A DNA stretch of 64,000 bases from Phoronis australis (taxonomy: Eukaryota > Animalia > Phoronida). The position numbers and the translations under genes are program-made. The stretch covers positions 1,519,054 to 1,583,053 of the forward strand of contig NMRA01000014.1 of the NCBI GenBank assembly GCA_002633005.1, written 5' to 3'. The notes beneath the pieces are model-generated. The model had not been told where the DNA came from, searched no databases, and saw nothing but the letters and a program-made list of their open reading frames with translations. Positions 25,101 to 37,716 of this stretch are shown here, piece after piece (positions within the stretch are counted from its first letter, which is position 1; each line of letters begins with the position of its first letter).

Positions 25101-28069
25101 GACTACGGAAATGTTTAAAATACGAAAACCTGGTGTGAATAAGAGACAATTTGAGAAATTTTCATGTCAAACTATCTAGCGCTGTCCAGAACTCTATGTC
25201 TCAAACTGGGCCATGACTGCCCAACTAAAACTATGACGCAATAAGAGTGAATGAAAGTCTGTTCCGATGCCTAATAGTAAAGGAACACCCACTAGTATAC
25301 AACCTGTTCCTCTCGTGACCGAGGGATTTCTAGTTAAAAGTCTCAGCCGTTTGCAATGGATGGTGAATGTTGGCATATACATGAGGAAGAGCTCATTCAG
25401 TTAATGGTCAGACTATGTGGACTCTGAGTATAGACTGGTCGGGGATCGATTTTAATGCAAGAACAGCTACGTAGCTAGACTACATTAAACATGATAGAGA
25501 TATTTGTGTCTGTTTTAGATGCGTTTTACGTCAGTGATACAGAACAACCAATAAGAAACAACAAAGATAATGAGGTGAACAAATATGCTAATTGTCAAGT
25601 GTCAAAGGATCTTCGTATATTGCAAAACAAGGCACCAATACAATCGATTATGTTTTGACTTCCAATAAACAACTGCAACATATTATTCGTTTTGAGGTTG
25701 TAGAGAGATGAAGTTCTGACCATTTCCCATTAAACGCCAAAGTAGAAATGTGCTTGAAAATTAAAGAATATTTACAAACAACTAAAAGGCCAAACGCGAA
25801 TACTGTGACGTCAAAACTCGAACAAAACAACTAATTAGTATTTTATGAAATCCAATTTGACAAATTGGAAAATCGTGTCACAGATTTTAAAAGTTTTTGA
25901 ATTATGGTTTGATTTCGCAGCAATAGTGTATTATCTATCGACTTCGAGGTGTTATGTAAGCATTTTCCACACTATTATGAGGTTGCAGGGCATTGTCCAC
26001 TAACGAACATAACGTGGTTTAACAAATTATCCATACCAACGACACTCTTGATTCGCCAATACTGACGATGAGAGAAGTTGAAATGAGCATTGAAAAGCTC
26101 AAAACAGTTAAATCTCTAATGGTCTAGATGGATTTAGTAGTAAAATATTGAAAAAAAGTAAACCTCACTTGTAGCTAGTTTGTTATGTAACGTCTTTCAC
26201 ACACCCTTGAACGACCATTCAACTGAGCTGTGGCCGCTGTTTAAAGGAGGAAAAGCAGACGATCCAAACAGCTACTTTGCTGTCAAGTTTGTCATAAGTG
26301 TAAACTTCCTTAATAAAAAGTCAAATGAGATGAACAAACTATCAGAAGCGCAAAGTGCTTTCAAAACAGACTAAAGTAGAGTCGATATCATTCTCCTTCT
26401 CGATATACTTCTAAAGGCAGCTTTAAAATGTTCACATGTTGATTTTAGTAAAGCCTTCCATTGCGCAAATTTAAATCAACTTTCGAGAGAACTGATTGCG
26501 AAAAGTGTCAGCATTAAAATTTTTAACTCGATGAAGTGTATGCATAGAGATGTGTGTGCAAATTCATAAAAAGGGGTCTTCCATTCATTTTCTTGTAAAA
26601 AACGTGATAGACTAGGCTGTATCTCTTCACTCTTCTTGTTCAACTTTTCATAAATGATCTAGAAGAATACGTGAAATGTGAACAAATGGCTGTTGTACAT
26701 GTGGGAACAAAAAGAAACTTTCTACTAGATTTTGCTGATGATTTTTTACGATTTGCAGATGCTCCGATAAGTCTCCTACGACTAATTATGAACAAACTTG
26801 AGCTTTACTGAATAGAAAACTACTTGAAAGCCAATTTGGACAAAACCATCACTTTGGTTTTTAGAAAAGGCGATGTTTTTGCAAGACAACAAGCAGGAGC
26901 AGCTCAAAGCCGTAGCAGGTTATAAGTACCTTGGTGTTAATTTTTCAATTGGTTTAAGACACAGAAAAGATTAGCAAAGCAAGGTTCAAGGCGGTAATTA
27001 TGTTAAGAAAGTCTTTGCCACCGTTAAAAGAAATCAACCCAAAAATCTTTGAAAAATATTTTGATGCACAGGTATCTCCGATATGAAGTTACGGAAGTGA
27101 AGTTTGGGGATTCCATGAAGCCAATTACATTGAAACAGTGCACAATAAATTCTTAAGAAATGTTCTGGGAGTAAAAAATTGTACACTGACCACTGGAGTA
27201 CAAGCAGAGTTTGACACAGCCAGGTTAAGATTTTTCAGAGATGAAAGAATTGTTAAATACTTTCTCAAACTAATTAACCCAAATATGCATATACATCAAA
27301 AGTGCACGCTAAACAACTTGAGCTTGCATAAAGCGGAATAGATTCAAAGTGAAAATACGTTTAGAAAAACTGAATTTTCGGGAGGAGTGGACTAACCAAT
27401 TAGTCACAAATCGGGTGAAATTTTTAAAAGATCTGAAAGAACGTCTGTTGAACATAGCTCAGAGTGATATGTGGGGTATTGTAGAAGACTAGTCAAAGTT
27501 CTTCCTATACAAAGTAATAAAGTGACTTGGTTTTGAAAATTATTTTGCGGAAATGGTCAAAATCACATCCTACTGAATAGCGCTATCTCAGTTCCGTGTG
27601 CCGTCATACCGTTTAATGACAGAAAAGTATAGGAATCAGCAGAACCCTTTGTGAATTGTGTTTAAATGGTGAGATAAAGGTTATATAAATTTATTGACGA
27701 ATACACAGAATATGCAAGGAAAACAAGGACAAACCCAGAAATCGCAAACCATTGTACCTGGGTTGTAGACAGTACATAAATGAAAGTAGTATACATAGAA
27801 CTATATACATGTAAGTTGACCTTTGTCTTGGAACGGTCGGCCCCTGTACTATACTTACGCTCATGGTTTAACCAACCGACGTCAGTGAAGTTCTGTGCAT
27901 ACTTGGCTCGGCTCCATGCTGAACTAATTTTCCTCATCCTCGCATCTACGTATGTGATAGACTTTGCAAACATGCTCTCCCGTGGAACTTCGTTTGTAAA
28001 ATAATACAATATTACGAGAACCAATTGGCCAACAATGAGGATTATCACCAAGATTTTCCAGAAGCCCAT
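16123..28069 (-). CDS. Golgi 2-O-sulfotransferase (uronyl-2-sulfotransferase/HS2ST-like), 7 exons, 349 aa, type II membrane protein
   Basis: Exons 28069-27859, 24101-23938, 20380-20301, 19716-19572, 18278-18160, 17158-17001, 16295-16123 (1050 nt, phases match). N-terminal transmembrane helix; PAPS 5'-PSB motif YNRVPKCASTT; RHVHFLNF; 3'-PB motif YINVVRDPLERMVSWYYF; IPFFCGQ; AKKNVEKYYLVVG; EYEFYDFVVQRF. Confidence 0.9.
18363..18511 (+). mobile_element. hAT-like MITE (CAGTGGCGGAT... family) with ~5-bp TSD; second copy at 50423-50579 in the opposite orientation
   Basis: Termini cagtggcggattt / ggatccgctcct; flanks acaac/acaat; internal tgtctgacgggcaaaatcctggc is shared with the 50.4-kb copy. Confidence 0.75.
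18804..19150. mobile_element. PIF/Harbinger-like MITE
   Basis: taa|ggccctgttcacatga ... tcatgtgaatggggc imperfect TIRs. Confidence 0.55.
20600..22170. repeat. Decayed ~150-bp-period tandem repeat interrupted by younger insertions
   Basis: Motif gcaaa(t/c)ta(a/g)ggc.gcc(a/c)tt recurs at ~20618, 20769, 20920 and, more weakly, ~21990 and 22143. Confidence 0.5.
21256..21859. mobile_element. Kolobok-like fold-back non-autonomous DNA transposon with a THAP remnant
   Basis: TTAA on both sides (21252-21255, 21860-21863); AGG...CCT termini; ~55-bp TIRs plus ~165-bp internal inverted arms; ATG at ~21527 gives MPRCCCVPRCT...RFQKNDTLRR. Confidence 0.8.
24594..24634. repeat. (GCACAC)n microsatellite
   Basis: gcacgcacacgcacacgcacac... 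about 6 units. Confidence 0.95.
26030..27650 (+). mobile_element. Decayed non-LTR retrotransposon, RT domain and C-terminal region (RTE-X/CR1-group-like)
   Basis: Frameshifted motifs DFSKAF (~26440), R.GC..S..LFN.FINDL (~26610-26660), FADD (26731), YKYLG (~26922), YGSEVWG (~27090), VHNKFLRNVLGVK. Confidence 0.85.
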
Positions 28070-29335
28070 TTTACAACGTCACTCTGATTCACATGAGCTA
28101 CTGGTCTGTGCTCACATCAGCCCTCATATATTGTAGTTGGCCGAGATCTGCGGGATTTGTTATGACAAGAGGCAGTTATTACAAGCAGTGTAACATGACA
28201 CGCAGCCACAAGCCAGTAACTTTCTGCCTGTACACTCTAATTAGAATACCAGTATTTTTGTTAAATAGTTGGTAAAAATCAAAACATTTCACAAAAGTAA
28301 TTCATGATATCAGGTGGATTATTTTCTAGGCCCAGTTAAAGATTTTACATACTCAGCAGTTGCCGAGAATTCGGTGCAATACAGGAGTTAGAATCACTTT
28401 CCATAAAAACTCTTTTGTTTTATTATCAACTGAGCCCTTTGATTCATTCATGTGTTGTTTTTTGTTTTCTGAAATGCACTTTATGTAACAATTGCTATAA
28501 CAGTCACAACACAGAACGCAGATTATTGCCGCATTTCGAATATTAAAAAGGTAATACCTAAAACGTTGCTTCCCCTAACGATAATTCTCAAAACATAAAA
28601 CGGCGACGGAGCGTATTTTATTTGCAAACGAGACAATGAGCACGTGACCGGATTTGAAATTGAAGTTAATGAAGTCAGCCATGGCAACTACTGTTCCGTT
28701 AGCAGCATGGTCATAAAACATTTTCATTTGATCTGCAATACTTGGTTAATTTTAAGTGGGTCGGTAAGTTATTTCCCAGCTGTCATCGCGGCTTTACGTT
28801 TGTATTTTGCCATGGCGAGTTTGACAACCTGCCAGTCGTGAGACAATGTTTGACTTCAGCGCCATCTATACATCAACGGTATGCCCATAGTTCTATTCTC
28901 AGGTACCGCATTTCGATTATCAAGCCCGACGTGCTTTTCTCCTAACCAGCTGCAATTCCGGGTTCACTTCATTTGCTGCGAAAGCCAACATTTGCATCGC
29001 CAGCCGACCTGACCGACGTCTTTCGTGAAAATCAGGTTCACTTACTCCGGGCACGGTTAGAGTGCAATTTATTCGTTAACTTGATAGCACCAAATTCACG
29101 AGCCCGAAATGAGTTCCATGTAAATTGTTGAAATTCTAGGTATGATGAATAAATACATGTTGTAAATTCATTTTGCGTCCAATAGCACGAGAGGCATCTT
29201 ACGTGTTTTAGTGGTATGATGTTTTTCTAGTCTCAAAGTTCTGACAAATCATTTCTAGTGTTTTTAAAACAGCAAACTCCAGAAATATAATAATACGATG
29301 AATACTTTCAGTCATCCAGTTGAGTAACTGAATAA

Positions 29336-31019
29336 TATGCAGAAAATTAAATCAATTACTGGACTAACAGTAACAGACTGAGTTGGCTACGTTGCGTCCT
29401 CATCTTGAGGACTTCGGCAGGCCACTGAGATCGTCACGTGACTCATCATGTGCGGATAGCACAATTTGCTCTGTTGGCTTATCGACATAGTATTCCGCCT
29501 TGCTCGATCGGCGATAGAAAATATACGGACACTCAATTGTCTGTTTTACTATCCCTAAGAACGTTTCGGAAGCGTTGGGTCGTTGCCATACGCCGCGACG
29601 AAGGAAAATATTTCAGTGTAAAATTTATAAATGTTTCGAAAAGTTTGATCATATTTTGTCGCATCTCGGTTGCCGAGCATCATAGCAACGACCGGCGAAT
29701 CTCGTTCGGCCAGCCAAGCTGTGTTTTCATGACAACGGGTTGAAACATGACGCATTTTTCTTTCCAATTGAAAAATCTTACGAAATTCCCCCAACGAGGC
29801 CTAAAAATTCCCCTAGTGATTGAAAATTTCCCTCCGAAGTTCAAATTACCTGTAACCACAAAGGTGACAATTTGAAGGAGCACCAATTGCTACTTGATAT
29901 AGAGCTTATGAGAGCTTGCAGCACGGAGGGGGGTGCTAATGATGGTGATCAGGAGGTAGATAATTCCGGCCCCAGTCACTCCAGGCAAGCACAGGTACCT
30001 TTCCTCTCGAATGAGGACCCTGAAGAAACATTATAACTATGCTTGCTTAGTCCAGTGAACTGAAATTGAGCTCTAAAACGAGGTTACACTTTGGAAGGAC
30101 GAATTAGGTGCTTTAATTTTTAAAATTCAACTTTGTCCAGATTGATATTTGAAACCTAACACATGATATAGATGTAAGAATTATTTAAAACAAGAAAGCA
30201 GAATTGATGGTCAAATAATTTTTATTTTCAATTACGAACCTGTTTTTTATTTTAGTAAAAATATATTTAATAACATCAATTATTCATGCATATCAATGAC
30301 AAATCAACTGTTAGTCCGGGTAGTCCCTAATTCACTACCAGGACCTATAGGCTATGTTTGATGTTAATATTCTTTATCAACAAATAAAACCAGATGTGAT
30401 TTGCACAGTCGGACAGCAAAATGCGATGAGCCACCACTGTCGAATATATCTTCAACTCGTCAAAAATACGAGCAGATGACCTGTTCGTTTAGAAAGCATT
30501 TTTATCAACAATTTACAAGAAGAAACAGCATAATACCTAATCCGTAACACGATTGATGCAATTTGGTCATAGTTACTTTTTATGTTTCGAACCTAGTTTT
30601 CCGAAAAGACTTATACCCTTTCGTCAGACAACTTTTTGGTACATTGACATATTCTCTAATGTATTTTTCTACGTCTCTGTGGTTAATTATCGGCATATTT
30701 TTAAGATTTAATATCCAGATTGGACTCGAAAGACCAGCCATTTAACTCACGCAATATCCACTTCCGCTTTGTTTAGCGCAGTGAGCCTCGCTTTGGATTG
30801 TAATGTCTGAATCCCAGCGTAAACAGACAAGGGGGCCTGAGGTTTCTGCTGCCAAGAACGTGGGATAGGGCACTAAAGAGTATCCCGCGCAAAGTGTACG
30901 TGCTGTCGATCACGTGATGAGTCATGTGACATCTCAATGGCTTGCCGAAGTCCTCGAGATGAGGACGCAACGTAGCCACCTCAATCCGTAAGTCCAGTAA
31001 TTGATTTATTTTCTGCATG
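29336..31019 (+). mobile_element. Non-autonomous THAP-bearing DNA transposon (P-element-like) with ~120-bp TIRs
   Basis: atgcagaaaattaaatcaattactggact...ggctacgttgcgtcctcatcttgaggacttcggc is inverted at 30900-31019; internal THAP remnant IPPCS...RKRWVVAIRRDEGKYFSV at ~29490-29620. Confidence 0.75.
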
Positions 31020-31645
31020 CCAGAATTATAAGTTCTATGAGCTTTTTACTTGTATTTATAGACACCACAATTGACAACAACAAATCTTAAATAAAAGCAC
31101 AAGCAACAAACGTTACTTTGGTATTCCCCTCAGTTGCGTGCGTCATGATAGTAAAATGCCTCGTCTATCATAGCGAATACGCCGCCGCTCATATTAGAAA
31201 AGACTGCGTTTTCTAATGTCACGGGGATCTCTGAAAAGACCTCACCAACAAAAAGAGCCCATGTTTAGGAAACTAGGACAACAACACCCCATGGGGGGGG
31301 GGGTCTTTGGGGATTGTTTTGCGGGTCTGACACGGGACGAAGATGGCAAGTTTTCATCGTTTTCTTAATTTCAGTCTTTAATGGACAGTTTAATCATGTC
31401 AACTTTATGAATAACTCGCGCCGCCAGACTTCTTGTATAGCCAGTGTTGGAGAACTCTTCGTAAGTACTTTCACATGGCGGGAAGGAAAACTGACTTTAT
31501 ATTTCTTATATTACCCGCGACAATTTAGCGCGAGATCGCAACACTTGGTATCATCAAAACTAAGTTCCACTGAAGATCAAATTCCTCCTCACGTATTGCA
31601 GCTTCTTCCGAAACGATCTGTCAGTGTGCTCAGGTATTTTCTTGA

Positions 31646-33500
31646 TTATAACAACACCGTCTCAGCCAGCCACTGGAACAAGACGCCTTGAAGATGAGCG
31701 TGTTCTTGTGCTTTTCAATAATAACCATTTGTGCCACCTTTTGGGAACGATGACACAAGATAACAGATGTAAGAGTTGCGGAATATACATTTTAATGCCC
31801 ACTATGATGGTGGAGATATTTTGGTTTCACAACAATTTATAGGCAGCACAACCCTCCGCCTGGTGGACAGCAGCCAGTTTTACCTCCGCCACCAACTCCG
31901 AAGTTGACACTAGTTTTACTTCTCTCCATCCTTAGCATGGGCGGCGCACCATAGGGGGCTGGGGGCTATAGCTCCCCACTTTGCTAGGCTGCACATGCTC
32001 AATAGGCGGTGCACCACAGGGGCGCTGAGGGGGCTTTAGCCCCCACTTTTTTCAGTGCTGCGCCGCCCATGCGTAGTCACCACGGATTTCCCAAGTTTAC
32101 ACCCCCGTTGAGACCGGTTATTCCCCACGACAACAATTTTACCCCCACCTCCTCTTAGGTCGCTTAAGGTAATCATTATTAGAAAGGGGTAGCACAAACT
32201 AATTTGAATTCGCAAAATCTTTACGTGGTCCCAAAGTAAGATTTTTCCCTGTCGCGCTTACTTCAGGTTCCCTGATCGTCACAAATTGCGTATCCCATTC
32301 AACCTGGTGTTAGCCGCGTGGACGTGGTTGTGATTGAGAAACAAATCTCGCCGTAAAGGCAGCGAGAAATGATCACTTTTTGAGTTGGGCAATGATATTT
32401 GCATTTAAGAAGTAACTTTGGTAGGTTACCAAAGAGAAGTATTTCCAACTCATTCTTTAGGCGGTATAAACGTAAACCCCTACCGAGGAATGAAAAATTC
32501 GGAGAAATTCGGACAGTAGCAACATCACCTCCTAATGCGTAGATGGAACATCATGTCGGAAAATTTCGTCACAGTTCTTTGAAAACGATGCCTAACGTCA
32601 AGATACATTTTATCGTGATTCAGTATGGGAAAAGTGTACAGGTTCATACACTGGCGGGGTACACTTTGAAAGAGTGCGGTAGCGCGGTCGGTGCTACATT
32701 GAATAAGTAGGTGCGGGTTCGTTAGGCAAGATACCACGGACCGCGGTACAACAGATGCTGTCTCAAAATCCCTTTATAAACAATTGGTAACCACTTCCTA
32801 GTGTCTGCCACGCGGGTACGGCCAAAAGCTACTGAAGTGCCCAATTTCATCAATCTGCATCGCAATTCACCGAAACCTCGATTCTAGAAATTTACCTGAA
32901 TTTCAGCCTTCATCAAAGTTCGCTGAAGCCTCGTCAATTTCTTACAAAAACTGACTGATAAAGTAGTGAAAATATCTTCTATGAATCAGTCGATTTTCGT
33001 AGACACACAAACCATGTAAATCAGACCCCGTGTAGGTTACGCGAAAAAAATAACCTCGACAGGTCTCACCATAACAACTACAGGCGCATGTAACTGCCGA
33101 TTGTTAAGAAACATCATACGCACGCCCCATTCCAAGAGCTGGGATTTACACCAAGTGATATACAATAAAAAAACGAGAAATGAGAGCAACGGGTGAGGGG
33201 TCATTGGAGAAATACAGCTTTGCTTTCCCTAAAAATTGTCTTCTATAATTTAAAAAACTTAATCACTTCGCCCTGGTTGTGTATTATAAGTGTGCAAGTT
33301 GTGTATAAGTTTTATAGGACTTTTTTCAAAGTATGTACCAATAAAAGCAGGCTTTGAAATGAACGTAGGACACAAGTACTTGTTGCTTTGTTTGATGTTT
33401 TTGTTTTGAGCTTGGTATTGTGACAAGGATGGAAACAACTAAGCAGTATATACCTCATCTAGCGACATCGTCTTTTCCAACTGTAGTTCTTTAAATGTAG
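31646..33500 (-). other. Second copy of the last two calpain exons (33500-33454 and 31672-31646) inside block A
   Basis: Same coding sequence and splice sites as 43841-43795 and 41943-41917. Confidence 0.8.
31936..32071. mobile_element. G-rich hAT-like MITE; copy at ~42192-42328 and relatives at ~22385-22510
   Basis: TIR catgggcggcgca / tgcgccgcccatg; flanks cttag/cgtag; internal gggggctatagctcccc repeats. Confidence 0.7.
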
Positions 33501-34583
33501 CTGGAAATAGAACTATGTAATTACAGACAGGTCTACTTGCATTCGACAATAAGAAGACATGACAGACACCACAGTTTTCGCTGTCAAGTTTTAAATATAA
33601 AACTGGCCTCTACAACCTGTTTATTTACGCAGAAAGTCAACGGTGTGATTAGGCCAAACAAAAGCACAATTGGTTTTGGTCTCTGTTCTATTTTTGAAAA
33701 ACATCGAGTGGGTAGGACATTTTTTAGTAGCTCACGTTTTCAAAAAAAATTCACTTGAGGCAAGCAAAAAGGATGCAAGATCTCTTTTGTTACCCATCGT
33801 TTGGTAAGTTATGGCGTTTCATACTCTTCTTTTTATTTTACCCTTGCCTTCGCACAATTTTTCAAAAAACACACACGAGACCTTGGCTCAATGCGGACGG
33901 GTTTCTTGTAGTTTGTGAGCGCAGGTCTCAAAATGAGTTGAGGCAGAGACCAGAATCAACTATGTTTTTTGCCTTATCAGCTGATCCTTGAACACAAGCA
34001 AATGTTACGTACATATGCGTTCAGTGCCACTTGTACGCATGGGCAGCATTCAAAATATTGTTTCTTTCCCTTCATACTATCTTCGTACATGCGTAGAAAG
34101 CACAACTTGAACACTTTTTTTCTCAGGCGAGAGGACACCCTTCTATGAACTCTCCGATCGTTCATCCCTTAACAAACAAAGCATCAAAAGAAAAAAATGG
34201 CAAAGGCACGCTTATGGTGTGTGGAAAACGCAGTGCACTATTGAGACTAAGCGACCAAACACATTTTTCCNNNNNNNNNNNNNNNNNNNNNNNNNNNNNN
34301 NNNNNNNNNNNNNNNNNNNNNNNNNNNNNNNNNNNNNNNNNNNNNNNNNNNNNNNNNNNNNNNNNNNNNNNNNNNNNNNNNNNNNNNNNNNNNNNNNNNN
34401 NNNNNNNNNNNNNNNNNNNNNNNNNNNNNNNNNNNNNNNNNNNNNNNNNNNNNNNNNNNNNNNNNNNNNNNNNNNNNNNNNNNNNNNNNNNNNNNNNNNN
34501 NNNNNNNNNNNNNNNNNNNNNNNNNNNNNNNNNNNNNNNNNNNNNNNNNNNNNNNNNNNNNNNNNNNNNNNNNNNNNNNNNNN

Positions 34584-35500
34584 ATTTTTTACGATTTGCA
34601 GATGCTCCGATCAGTCTCCTACGACTAATTATGAACAAACTTGAGCTTTACTGAATAGAAAACTACTTGAAAGCCAATTTGGACAAAACCATCACTTTGG
34701 TTTTTAGAAAAGGCGATGTTTTTGCAAGACAACAAGCAGGAGCAGCTCAAAGCCGTAGCAGGTTATAAGTACCTTGGTGTTAATTTTTCAATTGGTTTAA
34801 GACACAGAAAAGATTAGCAAAGCAAGGTTCAAGGCGGTAATTATGTTAAGAAAGTCTTTGCCACCGTTAAAAGAAATCAACCCAAAAATCTTAGAAAAAT
34901 ATTTTGATGTACAGGTATCTCCGATATGAAGTTACGGAAGTGAAGTTTGGGGATTCCATAAAGCCAATTACATTGAAACAGTGCACAATAAGTTCTTAAG
35001 AAATGTTCTGGGAGTAAAACAGTGTACACTGACCACTGGAGTACAAGCAGAGTTTGACACAGCCAGGTTAAGATTTTTCAGAGATGAAAGAATTGTTAAA
35101 TATTTTCTTAAACTAATTAACCCAAATATGCATATACATCAAAAGTGCACGCTAAACAACTTGAGCTTGCATAAAGCGGAATAGATTCAAAGTGAAAATA
35201 CGTTTAGAAAAACTGAATTTTCGGGAGGAATGGACTAACCAATTAGTGACAAATCGGGTGAAATTTTTAAAAGATCTGAAAGAATGTCTGTTGATCGTAG
35301 CTCAGAGTGATATGTGGGGCATTGTAGAAGACTAGTCAAAGTTCTTCCTATACAAAGTGATAAAGTGACTTGGTTTTGAAAATTATTTTGCGGAAATGGT
35401 CAAATCACATCCTACTGAATAGCGCTATCTCAGTTCCGTGTGCCGTCATACCGTTTAATGACAGAAAAGTATAGGAATTAGCAGAACCCTTTGTGAATTG
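34584..35500 (+). mobile_element. Second copy of the decayed LINE C-terminal region
   Basis: Near-identical to 26741-27650 (YKYLG, YGSEVWG, VHNKFLRNVLGVK). Confidence 0.85.
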
Positions 35501-35703
35501 TGTTTAAATGATGAGATAAAGGTTATATAAATTTATTGACGAATACACAGAATATGCAAGGAAAACAAGGACAAACTCAGAAATCGCAAACCATTGTACC
35601 TGGGTTGTAGACAGTACATAAATGAAAGTAGTATACATAGAACTATATACATGTAAGTAGAATCTAATATAAGTATCAAATATTTTGATATGTTACGAAC
35701 ATA

Positions 35704-36162
35704 TTAAGAACAAAAACATGTACAGATATGGGAATCAGAAGTAACAAGATTTATAAGCGATGCATAAAAATTGCTTAAGAAGAATTCATTGAGAAAAAGG
35801 TCGAAGTTTAGAGTATCCTGTGATAATAACGTATTAGTTGAGATATTATTACAAGAATGGAAAGCATTTACAATTGATTGGTTTTCATTGAGTGCACGAA
35901 AGAGTGAGTTTCTCGGGTATTCGATGAGGGCACAACTGAAGAAAATATGAGGATAAGATTGATGGTCACCACATTTACAGTTTGGAGAGACATTCCTAAA
36001 GTTGTGCCTAAACTTGTCGGAGATGAGAAAAAGACCGCAGCTCGATGAGATCAAAGATGAGTACCATTTTCTCTGTCGTTGTGAAACCCTGGAAAACCTT
36101 AGACAATAATTACCAGAATCCCTAGTCTTACATATAAGTTGGCAGAAAATATTTTTTGACAA
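35704..36162 (-). mobile_element. 3' end of a CR1/L2-group LINE ORF2 (C-terminal zinc-knuckle region)
   Basis: FRHNF...PNCKCG....HIFFSC....PRNSL motif typical of LINE ORF2 C-termini. Confidence 0.65.
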
Positions 36163-36319
36163 TTAGTAAGAAATAGTCTGTTGTATGAGGCTTAGTTTTG
36201 TTATCTCTTTAGCATATGCGTCTGTATTTATTGGCTACGAGTGTTACTGTAAAATTGTAAGTTGATGGTTTCAAAAAGTCAGTGGCCTATGAAATAAGTA
36301 TATTTCAGCTAAGTTGATA

Positions 36320-36560
36320 CGATCGTATTACTTCTCACATGCTGGGTCAGCTGCGTACCCTTGCGGGCGTTGATTCTTCTTTTATGTGCGGCCAATTTAA
36401 TGCGTGGATTAAAGACCTCGATGGTTGCGTGCGTGATATTGACCTATTAGCTACAAGGGCAACACTTTATTGCACTAATAACAAGCATACGGACTCACTT
36501 CTCGAGTTCTATAAAGATCTCAAATTTTGTGCTATCAATGGAAAAAATATCAGATAAATT
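36320..36560 (+). mobile_element. LINE APE-endonuclease fragment
   Basis: MCGQFNAWI (GDFN-like)...NKHTDSLLEFYKDLKFCAINGK resembles the N.HG..LLEF...C.LNGR motif. Confidence 0.6.
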
Positions 36561-36994
36561 TAGTCTTATGAATCTCTTATCATGTGACTGCCGCCTGCCT
36601 GACTAATCCCTGTTAACTTTGGAATTTTCTGTGCACTGTTAGGAGAAAGCAGTCGAACCAGGTGTGTTTGATAGAGGTACACTGTATCAACAAGGAATAA
36701 GGTGTCCCAATTTCCTGATAATTTTATTACTTAAAAGATCCTGCGTAGTCAGCCTCACTTCATTTTGGGACATTTGGACTTAGCCTAACAGAACTGTCCT
36801 GTTTTCTGACACAGTGAGTTCAGTACAGTAGCTGAATTTTGAAACAGCCCAGCCATACTGAAATTCACTACCTCAACAGATGGCAATCAGGTCTTGGTGG
36901 ACAGATGTTCAGCGCCACCTACAGATCCCATGTAATGCGGACGGGAGGTTTCAACCTACTGGTATTAACGGCGTTTTACATCTTTCCTGCTATC

Positions 36995-37190
36995 ATAACA
37001 CGGGCTAATTTCCACTGCTGTGTGGTGGGATGTACCAGTGCCTAAAGGAAAATGGGCAAAGCCTTTTAAAATATGAATGGATGAACAAGGACACCGTGTT
37101 CCATACATTTCCCATAAAGAAGAAGAAACTGCGACAAACTCAGTGGCTGTGGCAGATCAAGCGGAAGAACTTTGATGTCAACCGGTGTCA
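36995..37190 (+). mobile_element. THAP zinc-finger remnant of a DNA transposon
   Basis: Across a stop and frameshift: HCCVVGCTS...VFHTFPIKKKKLRQTQWLWQIKRKNF (C-x4-C, FP and W hallmarks). Confidence 0.7.
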
Positions 37191-37716
37191 AAAATCTAAA
37201 ATAAATTAGCGAATTTAAACTAACCAAACAATGGCAGGAGATGAGAAATACAAAACTATGAGATATTAAACATGCTACTGTTTAATGGTTGTGTTACACC
37301 TGTTAATGATTATTGAGTCAAAGTTTGAGGGTGTAGTAGGTCACAAGATTACGATGTTGTCCGAAACAGCTGCGCAACTTCCTTGTATTTAAAGCAGTCA
37401 TGTCGTTTCGGGAAACATAGGTACTCATTAGCATTTGAGGCGCATCACTCTACGCAAGCGCTCCCCTTTAAATCCTTTCTTGGTACAGATCACGTGCTAG
37501 TATTCATAACCCCATGAGGCGTGTCCTTCAATTTAACACTGCTTATACTAAATGTGACTACACTGAGGGGCCCGTTAGCCAAAGGCAAATTTTAAATTTA
37601 CTCCAATTTTAAGATACAACTTAAATTTGTCTCAAGTACCTTTCTTAAGTTTGACCTTTGTCTTAATGAACTTAAGTCAGTTACTTGGAACGGTCGGGCC
37701 CCTGTACTATACTTAC

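Larger units (their letters stand above)
26741..34270. repeat. Block A of a large near-identical duplication (partner 34584-44611)
   Basis: Colinear identity from attttttacgatttgcagatgctccgat to cacatttttcc; the two copies are separated only by the N gap 34271-34583. Confidence 0.95.

Noticed and set aside
27662-27858. Extended 135-aa ORF with a second hydrophobic segment
   Set aside because: Read-through past the phase-1 GTAAGT donor at 27858 into intron and antisense LINE sequence
34145-34654. Long ORFs spanning N runs (also at 56.8 kb and 62.2-62.7 kb)
   Set aside because: Artefacts of translating assembly gaps
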